Below are positions 29,255-40,206 of a stretch of 64,000 bases of DNA, piece by piece. A program made the position numbers and the translations under genes. The stretch is from Candidatus Heimdallarchaeum endolithica. Lineage in GTDB: Archaea; Asgardarchaeota; Heimdallarchaeia; Heimdallarchaeales; Heimdallarchaeaceae. The notes below the pieces were generated by a model. The model was not told the DNA's origin. It saw only the letters and a list, made by a program, of their open reading frames with translations, and did not search any database. The DNA lies in assembly GCA_021513715.1 (NCBI GenBank), contig CP084167.1:2720001-2784000 (forward strand), written 5' to 3'. The first letter of the stretch is position 1. Each line of letters starts with the position of its first letter.

Positions 29255-30406
29255 TTAGAAAACTCGTAAGTTATTTTCTCCTTCTTCAAGTAAAGTAGTA
29301 ATTCTATCCCAATTAATCAAATATCCCTTTTTATTCTTATATTCAGATTTGAGAAAGTCAGTTTCCAATTTCTTGTTAAAATAAGGAGAGAAACGCCTTG
29401 ATATATCATCTAAAATTTGAGTTAAATCTCTTCCATATCCTTCTTTTAATGCTTTACAAGCAATTAATCGCAACCATTCATCCCCTCTTTTTTCAAAGAT
29501 AGGTAATATTTTATCTAAATCTTCTGACTTTGAAACACCTTCTTTTTCCCGAAGTTCTCTAATTTCTTTAATTAATTTATTTGCATCTCCTCGTAGGTTG
29601 AAATATAAAGTGTCTTGCGCTTCTTGGACTAATTTTATTAATCTTAAGTATCCTCCTGTTGTTAATATAAGATAATGGAGAGCATTTTTGAACTCTTTCG
29701 AGTCATCTCCATATTTCTGGTAAATCTCCCTTAATCGATTTCCAATTACAGTTAATTGTCGATCTGCTGTCCATAATTCAAGTGAGGAGAAAAATAATGA
29801 ATAGTTTAGGAAATATGAATTGAATTTTTTTGAACCAGAATAGCGTTTTTTGAAAACTTCATCACATATCCTTCTTTCAATTATTTTAGCATCGTTACTT
29901 TCTGCAACTAAACATAGTATTTCTCCAACTTCTCTTATTGATGTATCCATCCAAAAGAGCCAAGGTCTAGCATATTCAACTTTGATTTCTTTTGGAGTTT
30001 TTTTCAATAGTGTTGCCTTTTTTTCGATATCTGGGTTGTAAGTTTTTAGATCGTAGGAAATTAATCCAATCGCATCCGTGTTAATTGCTTCAATTGTTTT
30101 ATACATAAAATCAGGTATGTAAAAACCATCAATTTCTTCTTGAGGAATTACTAAGTATGAAGATGGATAATATTGAAGATAAGAAATTGTTTGACCAAGT
30201 CCAGTTAGGTATTCCCTCTTGTTTGCATGAGGAGGTTTTACCTCAAAAGCAATTGGGGGTTCTTTTGACTTTGAGATACTTAATAAAACAAAATCAGGTC
30301 TAGGAAATATAGGTACATTTGTTGCAACATATCTCTTTCCAAAAATTAAATTATTCCTTAAATTTAATGCTACATTTTCAGCGATAGTATCATGAATTCT
30401 GCCCAT
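29255..30406 (-). CDS. Putative type II restriction endonuclease, PD-(D/E)XK
   Basis: RPDF...AFEVK...GLGQ..SY. Co-oriented and directly upstream of the MTase. Confidence 0.7.
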   Translation of the reverse strand: MGRIHDTIAENVALNLRNNLIFGKRYVATNVPIFPRPDFVLLSISKSKEPPIAFEVKPPHANKREYLTGLGQTISYLQYYPSSYLVIPQEEIDGFYIPDFMYKTIEAINTDAIGLISYDLKTYNPDIEKKATLLKKTPKEIKVEYARPWLFWMDTSIREVGEILCLVAESNDAKIIERRICDEVFKKRYSGSKKFNSYFLNYSLFFSSLELWTADRQLTVIGNRLREIYQKYGDDSKEFKNALHYLILTTGGYLRLIKLVQEAQDTLYFNLRGDANKLIKEIRELREKEGVSKSEDLDKILPIFEKRGDEWLRLIACKALKEGYGRDLTQILDDISRRFSPYFNKKLETDFLKSEYKNKKGYLINWDRITTLLEEGENNLRVF

Positions 30407-30648
30407 AAATAAAAAACAAAGTTTAATTATAAAATATTATCTCAAAAATAACGCGAAATATTACCTTCAGTAACAACTTAAGAAAATAAATATTGAAATG
30501 GCAATTTTGAAATTAATTTTTTGACTATATTTAAAATTTAAAATTTTAAAACTCTAATTTAAAAATCTGCCTATTGCGATATACTTTTTAAGAAATCATC
30601 CACTATATTAATGATTAATCGAATTTATTGTGAGGATGTTACAGTATA

Positions 30649-33600
30649 ATGATAAATGACTTGCCAATGGATAATTTTGAAAAATCCATTGAACGGTTAA
30701 AAGAGATATTTATATGGAATCGAGCTCTGTCTAATTTAAATAGTAGTAAAAAAATAAGAAATGCAAAGGAATTTCTAAAATTTAATTTGTTAAAAGTTAA
30801 AGGCCCATACATTGAATATATTGCTGCTCCAAAGTTTAGTGATGTTGAATTCACTCAATTTTGCGAAAAATTAAATATTGACCCCTCTGTAATCTTTGCT
30901 TACAAGCAAGTTTTATTTAAAAAAAATACTAATTGTTTTCTTTATAATCATCAAAGTAAGTTTATTGAAAGTGTATTTTCTTATGAAAATTGTGACTTTA
31001 CATTATCTGTACCTACAGCATCTGGGAAAACCGAGGCTTTTTTGCTTCCTATATTAGATGTTTGTATAAAAGATCGATCCAATACACTAAAGTCCATCTT
31101 ATTTTATCCAACTAAAACCTTGGCTGTTGATCAATTAAATCGAATTATAAAATATATATATGCTGTTAACCTTTTTTCTAAAAAGAGGGAAATTAACATA
31201 GGAATTTGGGATGGAGACACAAAACAAGAAGTAAACAATGATGCTGATCAATGGAATTCTATTAAACCAGATAGCATTATAAGAGGTATTAAATGTCCTG
31301 AGTGTTCTAATAAATTAAAAATAGGTAAAGGAGAAGTAATTTATTGCGATAATTGTAACTTTGAAAGTTATTGGATAAAGGCGACACGTAGAGCAATAAA
31401 AAATGGTGTCGATATATTAATAACTAATCCAGAAGCTTTTGATTATTTATTCGTAGACCCCAATGAAGACAAAATAAACATAATTGGTGATAAAACTTTT
31501 AATGAAAATGTAAAATATGTTGTTTTTGATGAAGCTCACACTTGGTTTGGAGCTTCTGGTGCAGCAATTCACATGTTATGTCAAAGATTAAGATTTTTTT
31601 ATGGAGACAAACTTAAATTTTTTATTATATCCGCCACCATTAATGACCCAAAAACTTTTGGTAAAAAAATAACGGGAAGAGAGAATATAACAATTAATTT
31701 TGAACCAGAAACTATCTATTATAACCTAAAAAAAGTTGATTATGGCAGAATTCCCGCTTGTTTGCCAGAAAAAGCATTCAGTTTTTTACATGAAATAATA
31801 AAATTGTCTGATAATGATACTGAACTTGTGAATTCTATCGATAATTTAAAAGATAAATCGATTATTCAGTTGTTGCATCTACTAAAATATTTTGAAGGAA
31901 ATAAATTGTCGCCTTCATTAAATTCTTTAGTAGTTGAACTCAAGAATTTAACATTTGAAGAGTTTATAACTAATGAATTGTTTGTTAACGATCTGAAATT
32001 ACGTGTTATTAATCATTTACCTGAAGTGCTACATTTAAGAGATTTTTTATCAAAAAAGGATGATAAACAGATAACTTTTACCCATTTTCTAAAAGTTGTA
32101 GACTATATAAAAGAAAACATAGAGAAAAAACACAATATAACTCGATATGATGAAGAATATCAGACAATTACAATATCTCTATTAACTATTGGTCGTTTAG
32201 CAAGTTTACTTCAAGACAGATTACATTATTTTATTCAAGGAAATGATGGAATTAATTATTGTGAAAGTTGTGGCTTAATAACTACAAAGAAAATATGTGA
32301 TGGCTGTGGTAACGAAATAACCAGTAAATTGCTTTTTTGTTCAACATGTCACAATATTTTTGTTTCTACAATACCAGAAATTGGAGAGGTTAGTGACCCT
32401 CAAGATCTTGAATCTCAAACAAAGCTTTTTGAATTAGAAACTTATACCCCTGTTGAAAAGGAATGTCCTAAATGTGGTAACAACATTTCAAGGACTAATA
32501 GATTGCGTGATGGTAGCGTTTATCATCCACAACTAATAAGTCAGTTTTTGTCTGTTTATGGTAAAATCATACCTTCAAAAAAAATGCTAGTTTTTGCTGA
32601 TAGTAGAAAACTTGCAGAAAGAATTGGATATGACTTTTTAAATAATGATTATCAACTTGTTATTCAAAAATATATGCTGTCTTCTCTTTCTAAACCTAAA
32701 AAAGCTTACGATCTTTATCGAGACGTTATTAATTTCATTAACAAAGTTTATTATTATCCAATTTTTAAATCTTTGCAAGATTCAGCAAGTAGAAGGATTT
32801 GGAAAGATTTTTATGAAGAAGAATTAAGAAAATATGCACGATTAAATAATGCTTCTATGTTAATTGAAGCGTGTTTAATTACTCCTTCTACCATTTTAGA
32901 AAATTCAGATAACGATATTCAAGCATTTTTAGGACACTTAATATTTAAAAAACTTATTCAAACAGGCTCATTCAAAAAAAACAAAGTTCAATTTTATGGA
33001 TATACTTTAGAGAGGATTTTAGAACTAGATCTAAAAATAGACAATGAAAAATTATTAGCTGAACTTCCATGTGTAATAAAAAATTTGTATGAATCTAATT
33101 TTTTGACTTTCTATAAAAAAGACGCAATTGAAGCAAATATAAGAGACAAGATAAGAGATGAGGATGAAGTTAATGATTTATTAAACTATTTTGATAAACA
33201 AACAATTGCTTTAAATCAAATTTTGGAAAAAGTGTCGTTTCGAATACCTGATGATTGTTATGGACTTTTTGATCGAGCAAATAGAGTTTTTGGATATCAA
33301 ATCGCAAATAGAACTGATTATTACATATCAAAAGTAGATAATGTCTTTATCTGTAAATCGTGTAAGAAAGCTTTTCCTTCTATTGATAATTCATTAGAAA
33401 AATGTCCCCTTTGTTCAAATGAACTTATAGATGGCAATAGAGAACAAGGTGGTGGCTATATAACTGATTATACAAGTGTTGGACTTCCATATGATTATTG
33501 GAGTAGAGAATTATCAACAAAAGACAATATAGAAAATGAAGTTTTGGCTATTACTGTGCATAGAGCAGGTATTCCTCCAGAATTAAGAAGTGTTATTGAA

Positions 33601-35415
33601 GATTGTTTTAAAGATAAGATACCCAAAATAAATATTATTTCTGCAACCACTACTTTTGAGTTAGGAATAGATATCGGAGATTTAGATACTGTTTTCCTTG
33701 TTGGACTACCACCTGGTGTGTCAAATTATGTTCAAAGAGCTGGAAGAGCTGGAAGAAGTAAAGGACATTCATCTACAATTGTTACTTTTATAAGAAGTGG
33801 AAATGCAATCGATAATTATTACTTTGAAAAATTGGAAACTAGATATTTTGTTTCGAATCCCATTTCTCTGATACCAGAAAATAAAGACGTAGAAGTAATA
33901 TTTGCTTGTCATATAATTACTTTAATTTGTGGATATTTAGCAAGAAATTATGATCCGGATGATACTTTCAAAAGAATTTGGAACGATGCAGAAATTATAA
34001 AGCGGGCTAGCATGTTCACTAGACGAATAAAACAACGTACAATGCTATTTACTATGTTGATTAAGGAAAAGAAGTATGAAGAAATATATGATATTGTTCA
34101 ACAATGCTACAATTACGAAGGTATTTTGATTTTGGATAAAATTTTAAACAAAAAAAACAATTTATCAATTATCCATCGAATATATTCTTATCTATCTCAC
34201 TACGAGAATATGAAACTATCAAGAGAAACTCAGAAAAAGATGGCAGAGAATTTTCGTTTCTTTAGCCAAGTTCTCAGAGTTATTGGATACCTCGCAAACT
34301 ATAGAGGTTTTATGGAAACAATTCCAATAAAGAATAAGGATTTTGATAAGCTTGAGGACAAATCAATATTAATGGCAATAAAAGAAAATTATCCTGGTTA
34401 TTACAATAATAATAAAGCATTATCAGGTAAAACGATCACTGGTGGAATTCAGATAATTTCAATGACACAGTTTATTACGGATAAAGTTTATGCTTCAAAA
34501 AGAATATTGACTACTAAAATCTGTAACAATAAAAGTTGTTTATATTATAATACAAAAGCAGAAAAAGAGTTAGACACATGCATTCTCTGCGGTGATGATC
34601 TTACAGAAATTGAGATTTACGCTCCCGAACAGATAATTATAAAGCGCATGCAAGTTGATTTAGGTTATCAGTCTTATCCTTTTATTGTTCAAGACTTAAT
34701 CATAGATAAAACAACTGACTCAAAAGAAATTTTATTATCAAAAAAGACATCTATGATAGTGAAAAAATCTTTATCAAGCTTGGTTACTTTCGTGCCAAGT
34801 TTCAGTTATCGTTACAGAAGTTCTTCTTCGTGGGGTGTTCTTCCTTCCCAAGCAGAAATAGTTGAAGATGTTGTTAACACGGAAGATAGTATAATAAGTA
34901 ATGACTTCACGTTTGACGAACTTTTAAATAATTTTATGCAAGAAGAAAAGGTAGATACTTCTAACTATGTCTCTATAGGTTATTCTTTTGAAACAAGAAC
35001 GTGCTCATTTTACATTCCCTTTTCAGTAATAGTTGAAAATGAATATGAAGAAAATAATCCCGTTGCAAATCATATGATAGCTGTTTTTGAATCTACTTTT
35101 ATTCAAGCATTGTCTAAAGCCATATCACTGGTAATTGGTTGTAGTATTGATGACTTTGAGGTTATTACAACAAATCTTAGTGATAAATTACGCTTTTCCA
35201 TTGCGGATAGTAGTGAAGGAGGAAATGGTGTTGCTGATTCTGCATATAATAATCTGGAAACAATTATTTCTACATGTTTAGATGTTGTACAGTGTGAAAG
35301 CTGCAGAAGTTTTTGTAAAAAATGTGTATTACTTGAGAGAACTCCTGAATATATAATTAAAAATGGCTTATTAAACAGACTAGTTGCCGAAAAAGTGTTG
35401 AAGAGGTTGCTATAA
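30649..35415 (+). CDS. Large SF2 DEAH helicase with Zn ribbons and a DUF1998-like C-terminus (DpdJ-like)
   Basis: PTASGKT, YPTKTLAVDQ, DEAH, SAT, HRAG, TTTFELGIDIG, QRAGRAGR, many CxxC, and DSSEGGNG...CESC...CKKC. 1588 aa. Confidence 0.88.
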   Translation: MINDLPMDNFEKSIERLKEIFIWNRALSNLNSSKKIRNAKEFLKFNLLKVKGPYIEYIAAPKFSDVEFTQFCEKLNIDPSVIFAYKQVLFKKNTNCFLYNHQSKFIESVFSYENCDFTLSVPTASGKTEAFLLPILDVCIKDRSNTLKSILFYPTKTLAVDQLNRIIKYIYAVNLFSKKREINIGIWDGDTKQEVNNDADQWNSIKPDSIIRGIKCPECSNKLKIGKGEVIYCDNCNFESYWIKATRRAIKNGVDILITNPEAFDYLFVDPNEDKINIIGDKTFNENVKYVVFDEAHTWFGASGAAIHMLCQRLRFFYGDKLKFFIISATINDPKTFGKKITGRENITINFEPETIYYNLKKVDYGRIPACLPEKAFSFLHEIIKLSDNDTELVNSIDNLKDKSIIQLLHLLKYFEGNKLSPSLNSLVVELKNLTFEEFITNELFVNDLKLRVINHLPEVLHLRDFLSKKDDKQITFTHFLKVVDYIKENIEKKHNITRYDEEYQTITISLLTIGRLASLLQDRLHYFIQGNDGINYCESCGLITTKKICDGCGNEITSKLLFCSTCHNIFVSTIPEIGEVSDPQDLESQTKLFELETYTPVEKECPKCGNNISRTNRLRDGSVYHPQLISQFLSVYGKIIPSKKMLVFADSRKLAERIGYDFLNNDYQLVIQKYMLSSLSKPKKAYDLYRDVINFINKVYYYPIFKSLQDSASRRIWKDFYEEELRKYARLNNASMLIEACLITPSTILENSDNDIQAFLGHLIFKKLIQTGSFKKNKVQFYGYTLERILELDLKIDNEKLLAELPCVIKNLYESNFLTFYKKDAIEANIRDKIRDEDEVNDLLNYFDKQTIALNQILEKVSFRIPDDCYGLFDRANRVFGYQIANRTDYYISKVDNVFICKSCKKAFPSIDNSLEKCPLCSNELIDGNREQGGGYITDYTSVGLPYDYWSRELSTKDNIENEVLAITVHRAGIPPELRSVIEDCFKDKIPKINIISATTTFELGIDIGDLDTVFLVGLPPGVSNYVQRAGRAGRSKGHSSTIVTFIRSGNAIDNYYFEKLETRYFVSNPISLIPENKDVEVIFACHIITLICGYLARNYDPDDTFKRIWNDAEIIKRASMFTRRIKQRTMLFTMLIKEKKYEEIYDIVQQCYNYEGILILDKILNKKNNLSIIHRIYSYLSHYENMKLSRETQKKMAENFRFFSQVLRVIGYLANYRGFMETIPIKNKDFDKLEDKSILMAIKENYPGYYNNNKALSGKTITGGIQIISMTQFITDKVYASKRILTTKICNNKSCLYYNTKAEKELDTCILCGDDLTEIEIYAPEQIIIKRMQVDLGYQSYPFIVQDLIIDKTTDSKEILLSKKTSMIVKKSLSSLVTFVPSFSYRYRSSSSWGVLPSQAEIVEDVVNTEDSIISNDFTFDELLNNFMQEEKVDTSNYVSIGYSFETRTCSFYIPFSVIVENEYEENNPVANHMIAVFESTFIQALSKAISLVIGCSIDDFEVITTNLSDKLRFSIADSSEGGNGVADSAYNNLETIISTCLDVVQCESCRSFCKKCVLLERTPEYIIKNGLLNRLVAEKVLKRLL

Positions 35416-36341
35416 TGGGGGTTTTTGACACTTATATAAATATAATATCGCGAAATAACTATGTTTTAATTATCGAAGAAAATATTGATTCATTATTGCG
35501 TTGTATTCCTCTTCTTCAATTACTTAATATAAATCATTTTACTTATCCGTATAGTTGGTCTCACCCACATAAATCAATCTTCTTTAATTTTGTGAAACAT
35601 GATTTTATTCATATAACTGATGTAAAAAAGGGATTTTCCTCTGAAGAAAATTCTCCTTATTGTATGATCACTACAGCTTTACATGAAAAACTAATGCCTG
35701 AATATTCTATTAGTTCTATGCTTAATCTGAAGAAAAACTGCCCTTTTGTCATAGTTCTGACTGAAAATGATGCTTCATCAGAGATTCTTTATGGTTTTAT
35801 CAGACCATTAAAAGAAACAAACCTTATTCACAAAAATTATTATATCTATTATACTGACTTATATGAGGAGATAATTTCTTTTTTGGAGAAAAGTAGTTTT
35901 TTTCAAATAAATTTTGATAAGACCATGAATTTATACTTAAATTTAGTTGCTTTTATCTATTCTGAAGTAAATAACATGGAATTTAACGATATAGTTGAAT
36001 TAATAATATTTCTCATAGAAGATGTTGTTAATCCTTTCTATTACTCTATAGCTGCAATTCTAGAAAATGTAAAAATTGCTCATAAACATTTGCTTCTTGA
36101 AAATATTTGCGACAACTTCAGTTATTTTTTTGAAATGGACAAACATGAATTGAGAAAAATAAAAAACTACATTATAGAAGTTTATGAGGCAAATAAACTT
36201 GATTATCACTTTTTTTTAGAAAAATATGAAAAATCGAGAAATTATTTAGAAGAAATAAGAAAATTACAAGAAGAAATTGGAAATTCAGCAGGAGGTGTGT
36301 TGTTATCTCAATTGAAAACTATGTTCAGCCCTTTATTTTGA
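35415..36341 (+). CDS. Hypothetical protein, possibly a degenerate DpdK/PLD-like protein
   Basis: LHEKLMPEYSISSMLNL resembles HxK(x4)D(x6)GSxN but lacks the Asp. Coupled to the helicase through TAATG. Confidence 0.45.
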   Translation: MGVFDTYINIISRNNYVLIIEENIDSLLRCIPLLQLLNINHFTYPYSWSHPHKSIFFNFVKHDFIHITDVKKGFSSEENSPYCMITTALHEKLMPEYSISSMLNLKKNCPFVIVLTENDASSEILYGFIRPLKETNLIHKNYYIYYTDLYEEIISFLEKSSFFQINFDKTMNLYLNLVAFIYSEVNNMEFNDIVELIIFLIEDVVNPFYYSIAAILENVKIAHKHLLLENICDNFSYFFEMDKHELRKIKNYIIEVYEANKLDYHFFLEKYEKSRNYLEEIRKLQEEIGNSAGGVLLSQLKTMFSPLF

Positions 36342-37243
36342 ATGTTATTCAAAATATCACTAAAATAGAACAGTTAGTTGCTTATATTTATAACCAAAAG
36401 GGTTGTAATGAAAATCAAATTTATGAAGAAGTTTATTCTACTACTTCAAAATCATTAAAGGAAAAAATTAACTTTTTACATATTGTTGGAGCTATTGAAA
36501 AAAGAAAAGATAAAATTGTTTTAGAATCGAATTTTAATAAAAGTTTGAATTCTATTTTTGGTTCAAAGATAAGAGTTCCTAAAAATAAGAAAGAAAGAGA
36601 ACTGGTATTTAGTAAAATTAAAGTTGAACTATTAGAATTATTAGCAGCTCAATCTTTTGACATTGATATAGAGAAAAATTATACATTCAAAAATCAAGCT
36701 GCAACACTTTTAATTTATTCTTATATGACTAATAATTCACATAATTACCTGACCCTGAAACAGCAATCTATCGATCGTATTACAGTCTTCTTCAACGAAC
36801 TTGGCTATAGACCAGTAAATAAAAATGGAAGTGAAATAAAACTTAATACTCATAAACTAGAAAACGCGTTATTAATTTTATCGCACTTTGGACTAGTTGA
36901 AAGAATCAAAGCTAAGACAAGTTACTATTACTATCCAAAATTTGACCCTTACCTCTTTTATTTTATATTAAAAAAATCACTTAAAAATACAAGAACAGAA
37001 CAATCTATTTCGGATTTATTAACTTTTATTGGTACTAAATACATTCCTCTGGTTAAAGGATATCGACCAGTAATGGATCTCTGTATATCACCTACAATTG
37101 GTGGGGCTTTATGGATATTGTTCACACGAAAACACATTAAATTAAGTAACAAAGGCGATGTTAGCATTCTCTCAAATATTCCATCATTCATAGAAGCTAA
37201 ATTTTCTGCTAAAGTTAATTGGATAGAGTTGATTAGTAAATGA
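36338..37243 (+). CDS. Hypothetical winged-helix-like protein (DpdG-like by size and position)
   Basis: 301 aa, directly before the ATPase. wHTH-like segments LHIVGAIE and LSHFGLVE. Confidence 0.5.
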   Translation: MNVIQNITKIEQLVAYIYNQKGCNENQIYEEVYSTTSKSLKEKINFLHIVGAIEKRKDKIVLESNFNKSLNSIFGSKIRVPKNKKERELVFSKIKVELLELLAAQSFDIDIEKNYTFKNQAATLLIYSYMTNNSHNYLTLKQQSIDRITVFFNELGYRPVNKNGSEIKLNTHKLENALLILSHFGLVERIKAKTSYYYYPKFDPYLFYFILKKSLKNTRTEQSISDLLTFIGTKYIPLVKGYRPVMDLCISPTIGGALWILFTRKHIKLSNKGDVSILSNIPSFIEAKFSAKVNWIELISK

Positions 37244-40206
37244 AGCAAGATAGTTTTATATGTCCAAAATTAAAAAAGGCTGATGAAGCAAAGGAATATA
37301 ATCTGTCAGCAATTTTTAACGTAGCTGCTGGAAATAGATCTCAATTTAGGGAAATGTTTGAAAAAACTCATACTCCCATAATTCTTTATGATATCAATGG
37401 ATTTGAGACAACAGAAGAAAGTGTGTTTAAAAAGTTTGACTATAACTACCCTGGTAATCAAGCAGTAGTTATTGAAGGTGAAACTGGAACAGGAAAATCA
37501 GAAATATGCGTTAAATTGGTTTATTTATTGAGTGATGCAAGTTGGGAAATTGTTCACATTCATAAAAATATGGATCTCCTGACAATGATTTTGCATCTAC
37601 TAGAGTTTTACAAAGAATTCACAGGTCGAGATTATCCAAAAAGTTCTGAATTCAGAACAATGAAAAGTGAACTAATGGACCCTAATAAAAGACACTCTAT
37701 TGCAAAAGTGGTTGTTGGAAATTTTTTTGCAAAGGATATCTTTCAAACACAAGAAAATAAGAATGAAATTGTTAGACATGAGCAAATTATCGATAACTTT
37801 GAAAAATTATTTATCGAAAAAATAGGAAAAATAATAAGAGAACAACAAGTAACTGACTTTCAAGTTGAATTTATAACTAGACCTGATGTTAATAGATACA
37901 AATGTGTCGAACAACTTCTTGAATTAATTGACGAAACTATTAATCTAGATGAAGATATTTCAACGAAAATTGAAAACTTGCTAGAATTTGTTAATAGCAG
38001 GTTGTGGATTCATCTGAACAGTTATTTTGATACACCAAAAATTGATGAAATTATGGATGCTATTAGTATCGCAGCCAGAGACATGAATAAACGCGTAGTT
38101 ATGGTGATTGAAGACCTAAAAATAGCGAGTCTAGATTTACAGAAATTGCTGAGATATATGGAACGTGATGAATCTGATGATAGGTGGGATTTTTTAATTG
38201 CAGGGACATCAGATATCATTGAAATAGTGAAAAAAGAAGCTACTAGACGTGATCGTTTTCACTTCTTTAGAACCAACAAAAAAGATGAAACTCAAGTACG
38301 ATTTTTGACAGAGAATAATTCAGATGAATTTGCAAAGAAATATTTCTCATTTTTGTATGATAATTTCAAAAGTGAATGTAAATATTGCAATAAGTGTGCG
38401 AATTCAAATATGAAAATGGTATTCCCCTACAATAATGAATTTTTAAGGCGTGTTTTTAGTAAACTTAATGATAAAAAGCCACGAACATACATTCAAAAAT
38501 TATACGCAGGAATAAAGCATTATCTGAATACAGGAGAAACTCCAACTAATGCATCAGAAATTAAGCGACTGAGGAGAGAATTTCTAGAATATAAAAAAGA
38601 AATACATGATGAAAATCTAAAGAATTTTATTTCTTTTTATTACAAAGAAGAAAAGATTGATAATAAAGCGTACTATAGAATACACAAAGCATTTTTTAAC
38701 TTCTTTAACATCCCGATGGATGCAATTCCCGACGCAGTTGTAGATAATAATTTTGTTAATATTCCAAAAAAAGAAAAAGAATTTCAGACTACTCTTGATG
38801 GCAGTAAAATTGAAATCAGAGAACAGCAAACACAAGCAGTAAAAATTAATGAAGACAAAAACGTAGATATTATTGAGGAACTAAAAAGTAAATATAAGAT
38901 ATATTTAGAACAAGCTCACTTCTTGTTTAATGCTACAAAGGCTCAATTAAATAGTGATTATTTAGAATTAAATTCACTATTCAAAAAAGGGATAAAGGAA
39001 TTGCTACAAATATTTACCAATGATTTCTCTTTATCTAACCATTCAAAACTAAAATATAAGTATGGAGTTAATGAATATCCCATTTATCATAAAAATGAGA
39101 GTTTAGATCAATCTGTTTTATCCATGCACATAGATTTAGCTGATTTACCTGAAACTCTGCTAGCTAATATAATCTTGTTAGGAAAGGCAGTTGATGATAA
39201 AATTAGGTTAGATGTTAACACCAAGATATCATTATGTAAAAACAGTATTCCCATTATTATAAATATTGCTTCTTTTTGGAGGCAAGATTTCATGAACTAT
39301 TTATACAAACAATTTAGGGGGCTTTATAGTGGGAAATCAAAAGAGAAGGAAAAGATTGAAGTTGAAGATATTTTAAGTTCCTTTACTATATTTGTTTTTA
39401 GTTTAGGTTTTCCTTATTCTATGTTAGATTCCAAACTAATTTACGACACCTTAAATGATAATGAAAAAATCAATAATTTATATGGACAAATAGTTTTAAA
39501 TTGTGAAGAAACAATTAAAGTTTCATCAAAAAAACTCAAAGAAAAAATAAAGTATCTATTTGATCTTTTTTCAGAATTAATCTTTGGAACAGGAAATATC
39601 CAATTTAAAAGTGATATTAGTTTTCTACGTAATTATGAACAATTATTGGAACATCTGAATAAAATCAATAAAACTCAAATCAAGTATTTAGATCGAAGAT
39701 TAATTTTCGAAAATACTACTGTTTCTGAAATATTTTTAGCTATAAAAGAAATACATTTAGAAATTGATAGAAAAAGAAAAGTAGAGAACATAGAAATTCA
39801 AGTGTTAACAGATCTGTTTGAGAATTTAAACAAAGAAGAAATAAACAACATTAAGACAATAATAAAAGAAAACTACCACTTAATTGAAAACCTTACTGCA
39901 CATAATAAAGCCCACTTACAAAAATTAGAACGTTTTGTTAATATAGAACATATTTATCAAATTTGTGATTATTTCGAACAAATATACAGTAGATTATTTT
40001 TCAGTGGTGTTGGCGATGAGCAACTCCTACAATGCAAATTATTAACAATAAATGAATACTTGTTTTTTAGATGGCTAAAAAGACAGGAAGGAATTAAAGT
40101 TCTTCTGTATTTTTGTAATAATAAATTTCATAGTGAAGATAAAGAAACCGCTGAATTACTAGATTCGATTATTAAAAAAATGGAGGTTATTTTGAATGCC
40201 TGTTAG
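37240..40206 (+). CDS. Large P-loop ATPase (DpdH-like)
   Basis: Walker A VVIEGETGTGKS, Walker B VVMVIEDL, FPYN and KPRTY. 988 aa. Confidence 0.75.
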   Translation: MKQDSFICPKLKKADEAKEYNLSAIFNVAAGNRSQFREMFEKTHTPIILYDINGFETTEESVFKKFDYNYPGNQAVVIEGETGTGKSEICVKLVYLLSDASWEIVHIHKNMDLLTMILHLLEFYKEFTGRDYPKSSEFRTMKSELMDPNKRHSIAKVVVGNFFAKDIFQTQENKNEIVRHEQIIDNFEKLFIEKIGKIIREQQVTDFQVEFITRPDVNRYKCVEQLLELIDETINLDEDISTKIENLLEFVNSRLWIHLNSYFDTPKIDEIMDAISIAARDMNKRVVMVIEDLKIASLDLQKLLRYMERDESDDRWDFLIAGTSDIIEIVKKEATRRDRFHFFRTNKKDETQVRFLTENNSDEFAKKYFSFLYDNFKSECKYCNKCANSNMKMVFPYNNEFLRRVFSKLNDKKPRTYIQKLYAGIKHYLNTGETPTNASEIKRLRREFLEYKKEIHDENLKNFISFYYKEEKIDNKAYYRIHKAFFNFFNIPMDAIPDAVVDNNFVNIPKKEKEFQTTLDGSKIEIREQQTQAVKINEDKNVDIIEELKSKYKIYLEQAHFLFNATKAQLNSDYLELNSLFKKGIKELLQIFTNDFSLSNHSKLKYKYGVNEYPIYHKNESLDQSVLSMHIDLADLPETLLANIILLGKAVDDKIRLDVNTKISLCKNSIPIIINIASFWRQDFMNYLYKQFRGLYSGKSKEKEKIEVEDILSSFTIFVFSLGFPYSMLDSKLIYDTLNDNEKINNLYGQIVLNCEETIKVSSKKLKEKIKYLFDLFSELIFGTGNIQFKSDISFLRNYEQLLEHLNKINKTQIKYLDRRLIFENTTVSEIFLAIKEIHLEIDRKRKVENIEIQVLTDLFENLNKEEINNIKTIIKENYHLIENLTAHNKAHLQKLERFVNIEHIYQICDYFEQIYSRLFFSGVGDEQLLQCKLLTINEYLFFRWLKRQEGIKVLLYFCNNKFHSEDKETAELLDSIIKKMEVILNAC

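Noticed and set aside
30649-35415. Calling the helicase Druantia DruE or DISARM DrmB
   Set aside because: It shares the DUF1998-helicase architecture, but the neighbours (about 300 aa, 1000-aa ATPase, about 225 aa, plus a TGT) fit Dpd better. Not fully excluded without HMM searches.
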